Shown here: positions 47,217 through 55,992 of the stretch, in pieces
How positions within the stretch are numbered: position 1 is the stretch's first letter
How the letters are laid out: each line of letters begins with the position of its first letter
Source: Candidatus Brocadiia bacterium
GTDB lineage: Bacteria; Planctomycetota; Brocadiia; CAIUPP01
Direction of reading: 5' to 3'
Length of the DNA stretch: 64,000 nt
NCBI GenBank assembly: GCA_050015075.1
Contig: JBEKCB010000006.1
Location: forward strand, 64,001 to 128,000
Made by a program: the position numbers and the translations under genes
The notes under the pieces: model-generated
Seen by the model: only the letters and a program-made list of their open reading frames with translations
What the model was told of the DNA's origin: nothing
Database searches by the model: none

Positions 47217-48926
47217 TCATTTCGGCGGCGGCGACGAGGGCGGAATCTCGGGCGTGATCGCCTCGCCGATGTTGAGCTTGTCAATCTCGGCTCCGGGCGG
47301 AACATGGAGGATGTTGCGAAAGACCGGGATGAGCGAAGGGGGAAAGCCGATGAAATGGTTTTGAAGGAGCTGGCTGATGTCCCCTTTCAGCAGTTCTTTC
47401 CAGGTCGGAAGCGCCGCGTTGGCCACGCGGATCTTTCCTTCCTGCTGGGCTTCCGTGAAAGTGGTGAACGCCTCCCACGCGCGCTTGGCGAGCCTTTCCT
47501 GCTTGTGGGCTTCGATCGGCTTGTTCAGGCACAGGTCCACGCAGGCCTGGACGACGAGGTCATCCACGAATGCGCGGACCTTGTCCATGGTGCCGTATTC
47601 GTCAACGAGCTTCTCGATCTTGCCCACGCAGACGTGCTCGAGATCTTCGTACGGGCGCGGCTTATCGTAGAGTTTATAGAGTTCCATGTGATACTTCTGC
47701 GCTTCGTTCACGAAACCGGCGAAGTACAGGTTGAACTCCTGCTCCTGGAGGAACTGGACGTGTCCGTCGCGCACGGAGTCGGCGGCGCGGTATTTCGGAT
47801 GCTCCCGGTCGCCCTCGGGGTTTTCTCCCAGCATTTCTCTAAAGAGCGTGTCGATCGGCTTGATCTTGCTGAGGTCGAAGGAGGTCACCAGCGGGGAGTT
47901 CGGGTTGGGGCTGAGGTAACTGATCAGCCCGCGGCGGCAGGTGGCCTGGAGGCTGTACATCAGCAGGCGGTCGTAGTTGATCTGGCGGGATTGGTTACGG
48001 ATCGGTTCCACCAGCTTGGCCAGCGTGGCCCAATAGATGGCGTGCGGCTCGGGAAGGCGCCAATCAAACTTCCCGAAACTTTCCTCCATCTTGGCCATGA
48101 TCTCGAGCTCATGCATCCCATACCGGTCGCGCAGGATACGGGCGGTGGTGTAGGCGAAGACTTTCTTGCGGGCGGCGTCGTTCTTCGGGTCTTTCAGGAC
48201 CTCGACGATGGCCGGCGAGAAATCGAACAGGTCCCTCGCATCGTTAATCTGGAGGACGGTCTTCTCGGGCGGATTGAGCTGGAAACGGGAGAACGCCGCC
48301 GCCACTTCCGGGTCGGCCAGGAGAGTCTTCAATTCCTTAGGCGCCTTCGCGATGGCGGGGATGTCCTGCTCTTCGCGGGTCAGGAAAATGCGGTGCATGA
48401 TGAGCGCCAGGCGGTGCTTGTAGTAGAAGTGATGCATATCCGTGTCGCGGCCGATCTTGTGCCAGTAGATCCAACTGATCCGCTCCATGAGCTTGGCGGA
48501 GCGGGGATTGGCCTTGAGCCCCTCGTCGGTCAGCCAATGGATGGCCCTTTCGACCCATTGCCAGCGCGCCTCACTGTCATCGAGTTCCGCGACGAGGTTG
48601 TAGGACATGTTCCAGGCGTTGAAGTCCCAGATTTCCTCGATGCCCGGTTCCAGCTTGCCCATCCAGGTGTAGAGCTGGTAGAGCTCCCAGTATTTGCCTT
48701 CCTCCTGCAGGGAGCCCGCGCGCAGCCAGAGGGCATCCACCGCGAGTCCCTTGAAGCCGCCGAGCAGGTGCGTCAGAAGAACGACCTGGGGGTTCTGCGG
48801 GTCCGGTCCGATCGGGGCCTCGCCGCGGAGCGCCGCCTGGTCGTAGTCGCAGGCCGGCAGCACGTAGGCCGCGCCCGCCAGGCAAACGAGGATCATGAAC
48901 AGCAGGATGATCTGACGTATGGACAT
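47217..48926 (-). CDS. Membrane-anchored helical hypothetical protein
   Basis: N-terminal TM helix, then LLGGFKGLAVDALWLRA...EP....WDFNAWNMSYN; last gene of the SPFH/ABC operon. Confidence 0.8.
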   Translation of the reverse strand: MSIRQIILLFMILVCLAGAAYVLPACDYDQAALRGEAPIGPDPQNPQVVLLTHLLGGFKGLAVDALWLRAGSLQEEGKYWELYQLYTWMGKLEPGIEEIWDFNAWNMSYNLVAELDDSEARWQWVERAIHWLTDEGLKANPRSAKLMERISWIYWHKIGRDTDMHHFYYKHRLALIMHRIFLTREEQDIPAIAKAPKELKTLLADPEVAAAFSRFQLNPPEKTVLQINDARDLFDFSPAIVEVLKDPKNDAARKKVFAYTTARILRDRYGMHELEIMAKMEESFGKFDWRLPEPHAIYWATLAKLVEPIRNQSRQINYDRLLMYSLQATCRRGLISYLSPNPNSPLVTSFDLSKIKPIDTLFREMLGENPEGDREHPKYRAADSVRDGHVQFLQEQEFNLYFAGFVNEAQKYHMELYKLYDKPRPYEDLEHVCVGKIEKLVDEYGTMDKVRAFVDDLVVQACVDLCLNKPIEAHKQERLAKRAWEAFTTFTEAQQEGKIRVANAALPTWKELLKGDISQLLQNHFIGFPPSLIPVFRNILHVPPGAEIDKLNIGEAITPEIPPSSPPPK

Positions 48927-49002
48927 TCGCGCAGACGTCTCCACACTTCGCGCCCGCCGGCGGCCTTTCAGGCCCGCCGGACGCCGCGCGCGCAGGAATA
49001 CT

Positions 49003-50430
49003 TCATGTCGCGGCGGTTGTCGCCGCCAACTCGCGCCGTTTGAAAATCAACCATCCGGTCAGCGCCAGGATGCCGCCCCGAACGACGATCAGCCAGAAGA
49101 AACAGTAGAAAACAGTCCACATGCTGATGATCATGCCGTCGGAAAGCTCCGGCACCACGTCGTACTTGCTGAAGTTGGGGAACATCAGGAAAAAGTAGGT
49201 CAGGACATTGCGGAGCACATTGTCAATGGGATTGATGGGCGCCCAGGGCGGCACCAGGGTGGGGCCGAAGATCACCAGTTGCCCGATCAACCCGGTGAAA
49301 ATGAAATCAGCCGCATAGCCGATCATGAAGACGACGAGGCTCAGCAGCACGGCCACCGGGAAGGACAGGAACGTCGAGGCCCAGATTCCGACGATGGCAA
49401 TGAAAGCGAGACGTATGAAAATGACCAGCCCCGCTCGGAGGAAGAGGTTCTCCCCGAACGTCGTGGCCGGGTACAGTACCTGGATCCCATCTTCGAACGG
49501 GAACTCCGCCCGGGCCGCCGGAGGCGAATTCTGGTCCTGGGGCTTATACTTGTTCTCGTAGGTGATCTCCACCGTTCCATTGGGTTTTATTTCTTCGGAG
49601 GGGACGCCGAAAGTATGCGGTTTTCCAACCGAGAAGGCGTCCTCGATCTCCGAGTACGGCTGCTCGCCCGCGTTGACGGTAAACTTGCCCGGCAGGACCG
49701 GGTCGGCCAACATGGCGTCCGTGTAGTGGCGGAAACGAATGACCAGCGCGCCCTTCTTGTATGGCGGGATGCCTGAGACGGTCCATTTCATCACGCCGCC
49801 GGGCGGGACGACCCAGGCGGCCTTGGACAGGCGCTCGCGGACGATCCGCTCAACCCACTCAGGCGTCTTGCCCTCGGGCACTTCGCCATTCGCTACGATA
49901 TCCTTCACTTCGGACTTCACCCAATCATCGAGCGGCGGGAGCGGCGGCTGCACGACCTTGCGGGCCGAGAGGACCTCCCACTCGACGACGTCATGGCCCT
50001 GCTGCGTCTCTCCCTTCGTCTGCCGGCCCAAATACTTCATGAGTCCGTACGTAGCCCCCAGCATGGCGATCAGGAGCATCAGGTTGATCAGCATCACGCC
50101 GCACCACTTGCCGAGCAGCAGCGTGCCGCGGGACACCGGTTTCGGATCGAGGAGGAAGATGTGCTGGTTCTTGATTTCGGTGTTCAGCGTGATCGCGGAG
50201 AGGAAGAGGGTGAGGACGCCCAGCAGGAAGCTGATCAGATAGATCGAATAGGTGATCACCATCCGCAGCAGACCTTCGTGGGTGTTGTCGCTCTGCAAGA
50301 GGAACGGCAGGGATGGGACCAGGATCAGCATGAACACGACCAGGACGACCGCTATCTTCATGCGGACCGCCTGAAGGAGCGATTGCCGGGCAATCGTCCC
50401 GACCTGGCAACATGCGCGTCTCAAATCCAT
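49003..50430 (-). CDS. ABC-2-type permease with a large extracytoplasmic domain
   Basis: EIKNQHIFLLDPKPVSRGTLLLGKW motif and several TM helices. Confidence 0.85.
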   Translation of the reverse strand: MDLRRACCQVGTIARQSLLQAVRMKIAVVLVVFMLILVPSLPFLLQSDNTHEGLLRMVITYSIYLISFLLGVLTLFLSAITLNTEIKNQHIFLLDPKPVSRGTLLLGKWCGVMLINLMLLIAMLGATYGLMKYLGRQTKGETQQGHDVVEWEVLSARKVVQPPLPPLDDWVKSEVKDIVANGEVPEGKTPEWVERIVRERLSKAAWVVPPGGVMKWTVSGIPPYKKGALVIRFRHYTDAMLADPVLPGKFTVNAGEQPYSEIEDAFSVGKPHTFGVPSEEIKPNGTVEITYENKYKPQDQNSPPAARAEFPFEDGIQVLYPATTFGENLFLRAGLVIFIRLAFIAIVGIWASTFLSFPVAVLLSLVVFMIGYAADFIFTGLIGQLVIFGPTLVPPWAPINPIDNVLRNVLTYFFLMFPNFSKYDVVPELSDGMIISMWTVFYCFFWLIVVRGGILALTGWLIFKRRELAATTAAT

Positions 50431-50432
50431 CT

Positions 50433-51734
50433 CTACTGCTCCGTCTTGCGGGTTCGAGACTTGTCGGTATTCTCCTCGTCCGATCCGGGTTTGCGGGTGC
50501 TGAGGAGGTCCTTGAGCACGTCCTGCGTCGTCTTACTGTCGTCCCCGGTGCCTCCGCTGGCGGGCAACACCACCTGCTGCTCCGCGGCGGGGCGCTGCCC
50601 GCTCGCGCCGCCGGTCCGGGCCGCGGCGGACGGGATGGATTCCTTCAGCAGTCCGCTGATCAGCTTGTCGTCCGACTTCGGCTCCTGCTGGAGCGGCACG
50701 ACGACGGGTTGTTCCTCCCTGTCGGGGCTTTCTTTCTGCTCCACGGTTCTTTCAGCGGTGGTCTTGAGGAGTTCCTCGAGGATGACATCGGCCTTCTGCT
50801 CGCGCGCGATGCCGGAGAAAAAGTCGGAGGGCTTGGCGCCGACGGTCACGCCGGAGGTCTCCAGGCGCGCCGCGCGGGCTTCCTCGACCACGTGGAGGAA
50901 GAAGTTCTCCAGCCGGTCGCGGGGCGTCTGGACGGAGACTTCCATCGCCGGCCCCGCGAGTTCGTGAATCCGGTTCACCACCTGCTCGATCGTCTCCGCG
51001 TTCAACCGGTCGGTGGTAATCTGCGTCTTGGCGCGGAGGCTGAGCAGTTCATCCACGCTCCCGAGCCGGCGCAGCCGGCCGCCATAGAGAATCGCGACGC
51101 GGTCGCACACGTCTTCCACGTCCGCGAGCAGGTGGCTGCACAGGAGCACGGTCTTTCCCCGCCGCCGGAGTTCCAGGATGAGGTCTTTGATCTCGCGCGT
51201 GCCGGTGGGATCCAATCCGGTCGTCGGCTCATCCAGGAAGATCAGGTCCGGGTCGTTGATCAAGGCCTGCGCCAGGCCGATGCGGCGCGCCATGCCCTTG
51301 GAGTATTCGACGATCGGGCGCTTGCGCTGATGGGTGAGTCCGACCATCTCCAGGAGCAGTTCCACGCGGTGACGGCGCTCCGCGGACGGGAGATTGAAGA
51401 GCCGCCCGTAAAAGTCCAGCGTCTCTTCCGCGTTCAGATACCGGTAAAGGTAAGACTCCTCCGGCATGAAGCCGATCCGGTCCTTGATCGCGAGATTGCG
51501 CGGATCGCGGCCGAAGACCGCGGCGCGGCCCGTCGTCGGGAAGAGCAGGCCGAGCAGGATTTTCAGCAGCGTGGACTTTCCCGAGCCGTTCGGCCCGAGC
51601 AGCCCGAAGATCTCCCCGCGGTAGACCTGGAACTCGACCCGGTCGAGCGCTTTGACCTTCGGCCGCATCCAGAAATCGCGGAACAACTTGCTGAGTTGGA
51701 CCGTCTCCACCACAACCTGGCGTTCTTCTGCCAA
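50433..51734 (-). CDS. ABC transporter ATP-binding protein with a C-terminal extension
   Basis: GPNGSGKST, YSKGM, LDEPTTGLDP and SH switch; roughly 100-aa disordered tail. Confidence 0.95.
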   Translation of the reverse strand: MAEERQVVVETVQLSKLFRDFWMRPKVKALDRVEFQVYRGEIFGLLGPNGSGKSTLLKILLGLLFPTTGRAAVFGRDPRNLAIKDRIGFMPEESYLYRYLNAEETLDFYGRLFNLPSAERRHRVELLLEMVGLTHQRKRPIVEYSKGMARRIGLAQALINDPDLIFLDEPTTGLDPTGTREIKDLILELRRRGKTVLLCSHLLADVEDVCDRVAILYGGRLRRLGSVDELLSLRAKTQITTDRLNAETIEQVVNRIHELAGPAMEVSVQTPRDRLENFFLHVVEEARAARLETSGVTVGAKPSDFFSGIAREQKADVILEELLKTTAERTVEQKESPDREEQPVVVPLQQEPKSDDKLISGLLKESIPSAAARTGGASGQRPAAEQQVVLPASGGTGDDSKTTQDVLKDLLSTRKPGSDEENTDKSRTRKTEQ

Positions 51735-51758
51735 GCGTGTCCTCCTTAAAGCGAGCCC

Positions 51759-53696
51759 TTACTCGGTTTCCTGCGGCACCGTGTAGGGCGTCAATTCCTC
51801 GCCGAATCGCACCAGCCGCGCACTGTTGAAGATGACGATGAACGAGCCGACGACGTGCAAGCCGGCGGCCGTGATCGGCTCGACGATGCCGGTGATGGCC
51901 AGCGTCAATCCGACGACGATGAAGAGCAACGCGAAGAGCAGGTTCTGGTTGACGATGGCGCGGGTCCGCCGCGAGAGCCGGACCAGGAACGGCAGACGCG
52001 ACAGGTCGTTGGACATCAGCGCGATCGAGGCGGAGTGGATGGCGATGTCGCTGCCGGCGGCGCCCATCGCGATGCCGATGTCGCCGGCCGCCAGTGCCGG
52101 AGCGTCATTGACGCCGTCGCCGACGACCGCCACGTGCAAGCCGGCGGCCTTCATCTTGTGCACAATGCTGAGTTTACGGTCCGGCAGGCATTCGGCCTCG
52201 ACTTCGGTGCAGCCCAGTTCCAGCGCCACGCGACGCGCAACGGACCAGCGGTCGCCGGTGAACATCGTCAGGCGGCGGATGCCCAGCTTCCGCAACTCCA
52301 CCGTGGCCTTGCGGGCCTCGGGCCGGGCCTTGTCTTCGAGACCGAGCCAGCCGATCACACGCTTGTTCTCGGCGATGAACAGCACGCTATAGCCTTCCAG
52401 TTCCTGAGGGGGCACCTCGAAACCGGAGAAGTCCACGCCTTCCTCCTTCAGCCAGGTTTCGCGCCCGATCAGCACCGCGGCGCCATTGACGCGGCAGGTC
52501 ACGCCCTTGCCGGCTTCCTCGCGAACCTCCAGCGCTTCGGGGACGGCGATCTTGGCTTCCCGGGCCACGCGGACGACGGCCTGCGCCACGGGGTGGTTGC
52601 TGTGGGCCTCGGCCGCGGCGGCGAGCGTCAGCATCCGCAGAGGATCCACGGAAGCGGCCGGGGCCAGCCGGGTGACCGAAAGCTGCCCGGTGGTCAGCGT
52701 GCCGGTCTTATCGAAGGCGATGGCGTTCAAGCGGCCGGCGGCCTCGAGGTCGCCGACGTCTTTGACGAGGATGCCCAACCGCGCCGAAGCGCTCAACGCC
52801 GCCACCATGGCGGTGGGCGTCGCGAGGACGAAGGCGCACGGGCAGGTGACCAGCAGCACGGTGATCGCGCGGTCCATCTTCTCGGTGAAGAACAGAGTGA
52901 CGAAGGCGACCATGATCACGACCGGCGTGTACCAGCGGATATACTGGTCAATGATGCGCATCAGCGGGATCTTGGTCTTCTCGGCGTCGAGGATGAGGCT
53001 GCGGACCTGGCCGAGCGTCGTGTCAGAGCCGACGCGGGTAACGGCGACTTCAATGGAGCCGGTGAGGTTGACGGCGCCCGCAAAAATCTGCGCGCCGGGT
53101 CCTTTGTCCACCGGGACGGATTCGCCCGTGATGCTCGCCTCGTTCATGGTCGTCGCGCCGAGGACGATCTCGCCGTCGGTCGGGACGACTTCGCCCGGCC
53201 GGATGCGGACGTGCTGGCCCGCGGAGAGCGAAGCGGCCTCCACTTCGCGCGTCTGGCCGCCCTCCAGCAGATGGGCGCGGGTCGGGGTCATGCGGATCAA
53301 GCCCTCGATCGCCTGCCGGGCGCCCAGGGCGGTGCGGTGCTGAATCAGGTCGGCGAACAGCATCAGGAAGCTGACCACGCCGGCCTCCTGATACTTGTTG
53401 ATGGCGATGCAGGCGACCACGGCGATGGCGACGAGTTCGATCATGTGGCGCTCGCCGTGGATGAGGTCGCTGATCGCGCGGACCACGATCGGCGTGGCCA
53501 GCAGCAGCGCGCCGAGGAGCGCCGAGAGGTCCGCGACCGCGCGCGCGTCGGTGAAGATCTTGTCGGCGATGAACGAGTTGATGATCAGCGCGGCGCCGAG
53601 AAACGATCCGATCAGCGAGAGCGCCACCAGGCGCTGTTCCTGTTCGGAACTCAGGTGGTGCTCCTCGTGCAAGATGTGCCCGGATGCTGTGCTCAT
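51759..53696 (-). CDS. Heavy-metal-translocating P1B-type ATPase
   Basis: ITGES, TM CPC, DKTGTLT, HP and GDGVNDAPALA; His-rich N-terminus. Confidence 0.95.
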   Translation of the reverse strand: MSTASGHILHEEHHLSSEQEQRLVALSLIGSFLGAALIINSFIADKIFTDARAVADLSALLGALLLATPIVVRAISDLIHGERHMIELVAIAVVACIAINKYQEAGVVSFLMLFADLIQHRTALGARQAIEGLIRMTPTRAHLLEGGQTREVEAASLSAGQHVRIRPGEVVPTDGEIVLGATTMNEASITGESVPVDKGPGAQIFAGAVNLTGSIEVAVTRVGSDTTLGQVRSLILDAEKTKIPLMRIIDQYIRWYTPVVIMVAFVTLFFTEKMDRAITVLLVTCPCAFVLATPTAMVAALSASARLGILVKDVGDLEAAGRLNAIAFDKTGTLTTGQLSVTRLAPAASVDPLRMLTLAAAAEAHSNHPVAQAVVRVAREAKIAVPEALEVREEAGKGVTCRVNGAAVLIGRETWLKEEGVDFSGFEVPPQELEGYSVLFIAENKRVIGWLGLEDKARPEARKATVELRKLGIRRLTMFTGDRWSVARRVALELGCTEVEAECLPDRKLSIVHKMKAAGLHVAVVGDGVNDAPALAAGDIGIAMGAAGSDIAIHSASIALMSNDLSRLPFLVRLSRRTRAIVNQNLLFALLFIVVGLTLAITGIVEPITAAGLHVVGSFIVIFNSARLVRFGEELTPYTVPQETE

Positions 53697-53720
53697 GAAA
53701 GTCCTTTCCTGCGGTTCAGG

Positions 53721-54986
53721 TCAGCGCGACTCTATGGGTTTCGTCGCCGCACGGATCAGTTCCGGCCTGCGGTTGAGCCAGAGTTCGAGCAGCCTGTGGG
53801 CCTTGTCGGTAGCTGCATTGTAATAGTACTTCTCGTAGCAGGCGTTGAGCACTTCCTGCAGGGCGTCCACGCGCGCGTGATCGAGGAAGACCTGGATCTG
53901 GGCCGGGTTCTTCAACAGGCTGTCCATGATCGAGGCATCGCCCTTGGCCGATTCGACCACTTGGCTTTTGTACGTCTTCGCCTCGCCGAGGATGGTCTGC
54001 ACCTGTCCGCCGGCGAGCAGGAAGGTCTTCGACATTTCGTCTTCGATCTTCTGCATCTCTTCCGTGTTGCCGGCATCCTTCGCGGCCCACCACTTCTCGA
54101 GGCTGCTCCCGAGCTGAATGCCGACCTCGCCGGCGGTTTCGATGAGCACCTTCTCGCGCTCGCGGTTGGCGGTGACGCGCAACTCGGCCATCGCCTGCGA
54201 CGTGGCCAGCACGTTATCGAACGCCTGCCGGACCTGGTCGGGCGGCCGGAGTTCCCGAAGCGTAATCCGCTCCACTTCGAGTCCGCACTGGAGCCGGTCC
54301 AAGGTCTCTTCGAGTGACTTCTTCACCGCTTCGACCAGGACCTCCTTGTTCCGGGGGTAAATGTCGAACACCTTCATGGAGGCGGTCTCGCGGATCGCAG
54401 CGCTCTGAAGGGCGCCGCGGACCAGCCGCTCCTCGTTGATTTCGCCGGCCTTTCCCTCGCCGATGATGCGGTAGTAATCCACGACGGCTTTCTTATCCTG
54501 CGGCCGAATGCGGTAGGTGACGTCCCACTGGGCCTGCAGCATGTTCAGGTCGCCGGTCAGCATGACCGCGTTTTCGGCGCCCTCCACGGGCTTCGGCATC
54601 TCGCGGCCCTTCTCCATCTTCTGGTCTTTCGCTTCTTCGCTGATCATTCGCCAGAACGTGTTGACCTCGAGCTTGCGGGGCCTGACCCAGATGGGCACGA
54701 CTCGGTCAATCGGATAGGGAAATGCGTAGTGGATGCCCTGGTCCTTGACGCGGCCTTCCTCGTACGCGCCGAACCGAAGGATGATCGCCTTCTGGTCGGA
54801 CTGGACGGTGAAGAGGCCTTGCAGGAGGAACACGACCAGCAGCAGCACAATGATAAATGTGAGGACGCTGAAGCTGGTCCGTAACGCATCCGCCAGCGAG
54901 GCGCTGGCCTCGTCGAACGCCGGCTGGACGTCGCCGGGCTCGTTCGCCGGCCCGTCTGGCACAGGATTTTTGGGTTCTTCAGCCAC
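53721..54986 (-). CDS. SPFH domain protein, HflK-like
   Basis: TM helix, LRFG, GIHYAFPYPID, MLTGDLN and RPP.QV..AF followed by coiled coil. Confidence 0.88.
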   Translation of the reverse strand: MAEEPKNPVPDGPANEPGDVQPAFDEASASLADALRTSFSVLTFIIVLLLVVFLLQGLFTVQSDQKAIILRFGAYEEGRVKDQGIHYAFPYPIDRVVPIWVRPRKLEVNTFWRMISEEAKDQKMEKGREMPKPVEGAENAVMLTGDLNMLQAQWDVTYRIRPQDKKAVVDYYRIIGEGKAGEINEERLVRGALQSAAIRETASMKVFDIYPRNKEVLVEAVKKSLEETLDRLQCGLEVERITLRELRPPDQVRQAFDNVLATSQAMAELRVTANREREKVLIETAGEVGIQLGSSLEKWWAAKDAGNTEEMQKIEDEMSKTFLLAGGQVQTILGEAKTYKSQVVESAKGDASIMDSLLKNPAQIQVFLDHARVDALQEVLNACYEKYYYNAATDKAHRLLELWLNRRPELIRAATKPIESR

Positions 54987-55013
54987 GGCTTGCTCCTCCG
55001 TCTCTTGGGGTCC

Positions 55014-55973
55014 TTAGTTCGTGGGTCGCGGGGAAACCGCCGGCGCCTCGGTCACGCTCGGCTTATTGATGGTCCCGGTGAACCCCTGGGAGAACAGGTC
55101 GAACGGCGGGATCGTCGGGTCCACGATGATGGTCGTCTTCGTCTTCAAGGTCTCCTGGAGGGCGCGGATCTTGCGGAGATAGATGGCCAGCGCCGGGTTC
55201 TTGGCAAAGACGCCGAAATGCTGCGCCGCCTCGGCGTCGCCCTGGCCTTTGAGCGCCTCGGCTTCGCTGCGGGCGCGCGCCAGGAGCTTTTCCTTTTCGG
55301 TCGTCGCATTGGCTCTGATGACGGTGGCGTTCGCAAGGCCTTCCTGTTGAATCTTGGTCGCCTCCAGGTTGCGCTCCGCGATCATGCGCTTGTAAACGTT
55401 CTGCGTCGCGCTCTCGGGCAGTTCCAGCCGGCGCAACTTGAGCAGGACGAATGAGATCCCGTAGGTCTTTTTCGCCCTGTCGTTGGAGGCCTGCAGGATG
55501 GAGTCCTCGATCGCGTCGTACTTGAGCTTGTCCCGGTCCACGGAGACCAGTTCGTTCAGGTCGTGCTGGCCCATGACCGCCAGGGCGCTGTCGCGCACGT
55601 AGCCCTCGACGCGGTTCCACGCCTGCTGCATCCGGTCTTCCTCGGCAAGGCGTCCGAAGTTCTGGTTGAACGCCAGAGGATCGGAAACCCTCCAGCCGAC
55701 GCAGAGCTAGAGGGTGATGTTGCGCTTGTCGCGGGTGGGCGTCTCCTCGAAACGGCCCTCGCTCACGTTGATCCGCGAGTCGAACTTGCGGACTTCCTCG
55801 ATCGGCCAGGGCAATTTGAAATGATACCCCGGCTGCGGCAGGTCGCTCGAGGCTTTGCCGAACCGCAACAGCACGGCCACCTCGCTTTCCCGCACCTGGA
55901 ACGCAAACATGTAGAGCAGCAGGCTGACGCCGACCACCACGCCCACGATGACCGTCAGAACGTGCTTTCTCAT
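55014..55973 (-). pseudogene. SPFH domain protein, HflC-like, with an in-frame TAG at 55707-55709 (pseudogene, sequencing error or read-through)
   Basis: ORFs 55707-55973 and 55014-55631 share one frame: ...TRDKRNITL*LCVGWRVSDP...; later VYKRMIAER. Confidence 0.8.
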
Positions 55974-55992
55974 GTGAATCCTCTCTCCGGGC

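Noticed and set aside
55707-55709. Genome-wide TAG reassignment
   Set aside because: TAG ends several genes at their expected C-termini (7518, 20172, 33604, 37322, 50433, 58020)
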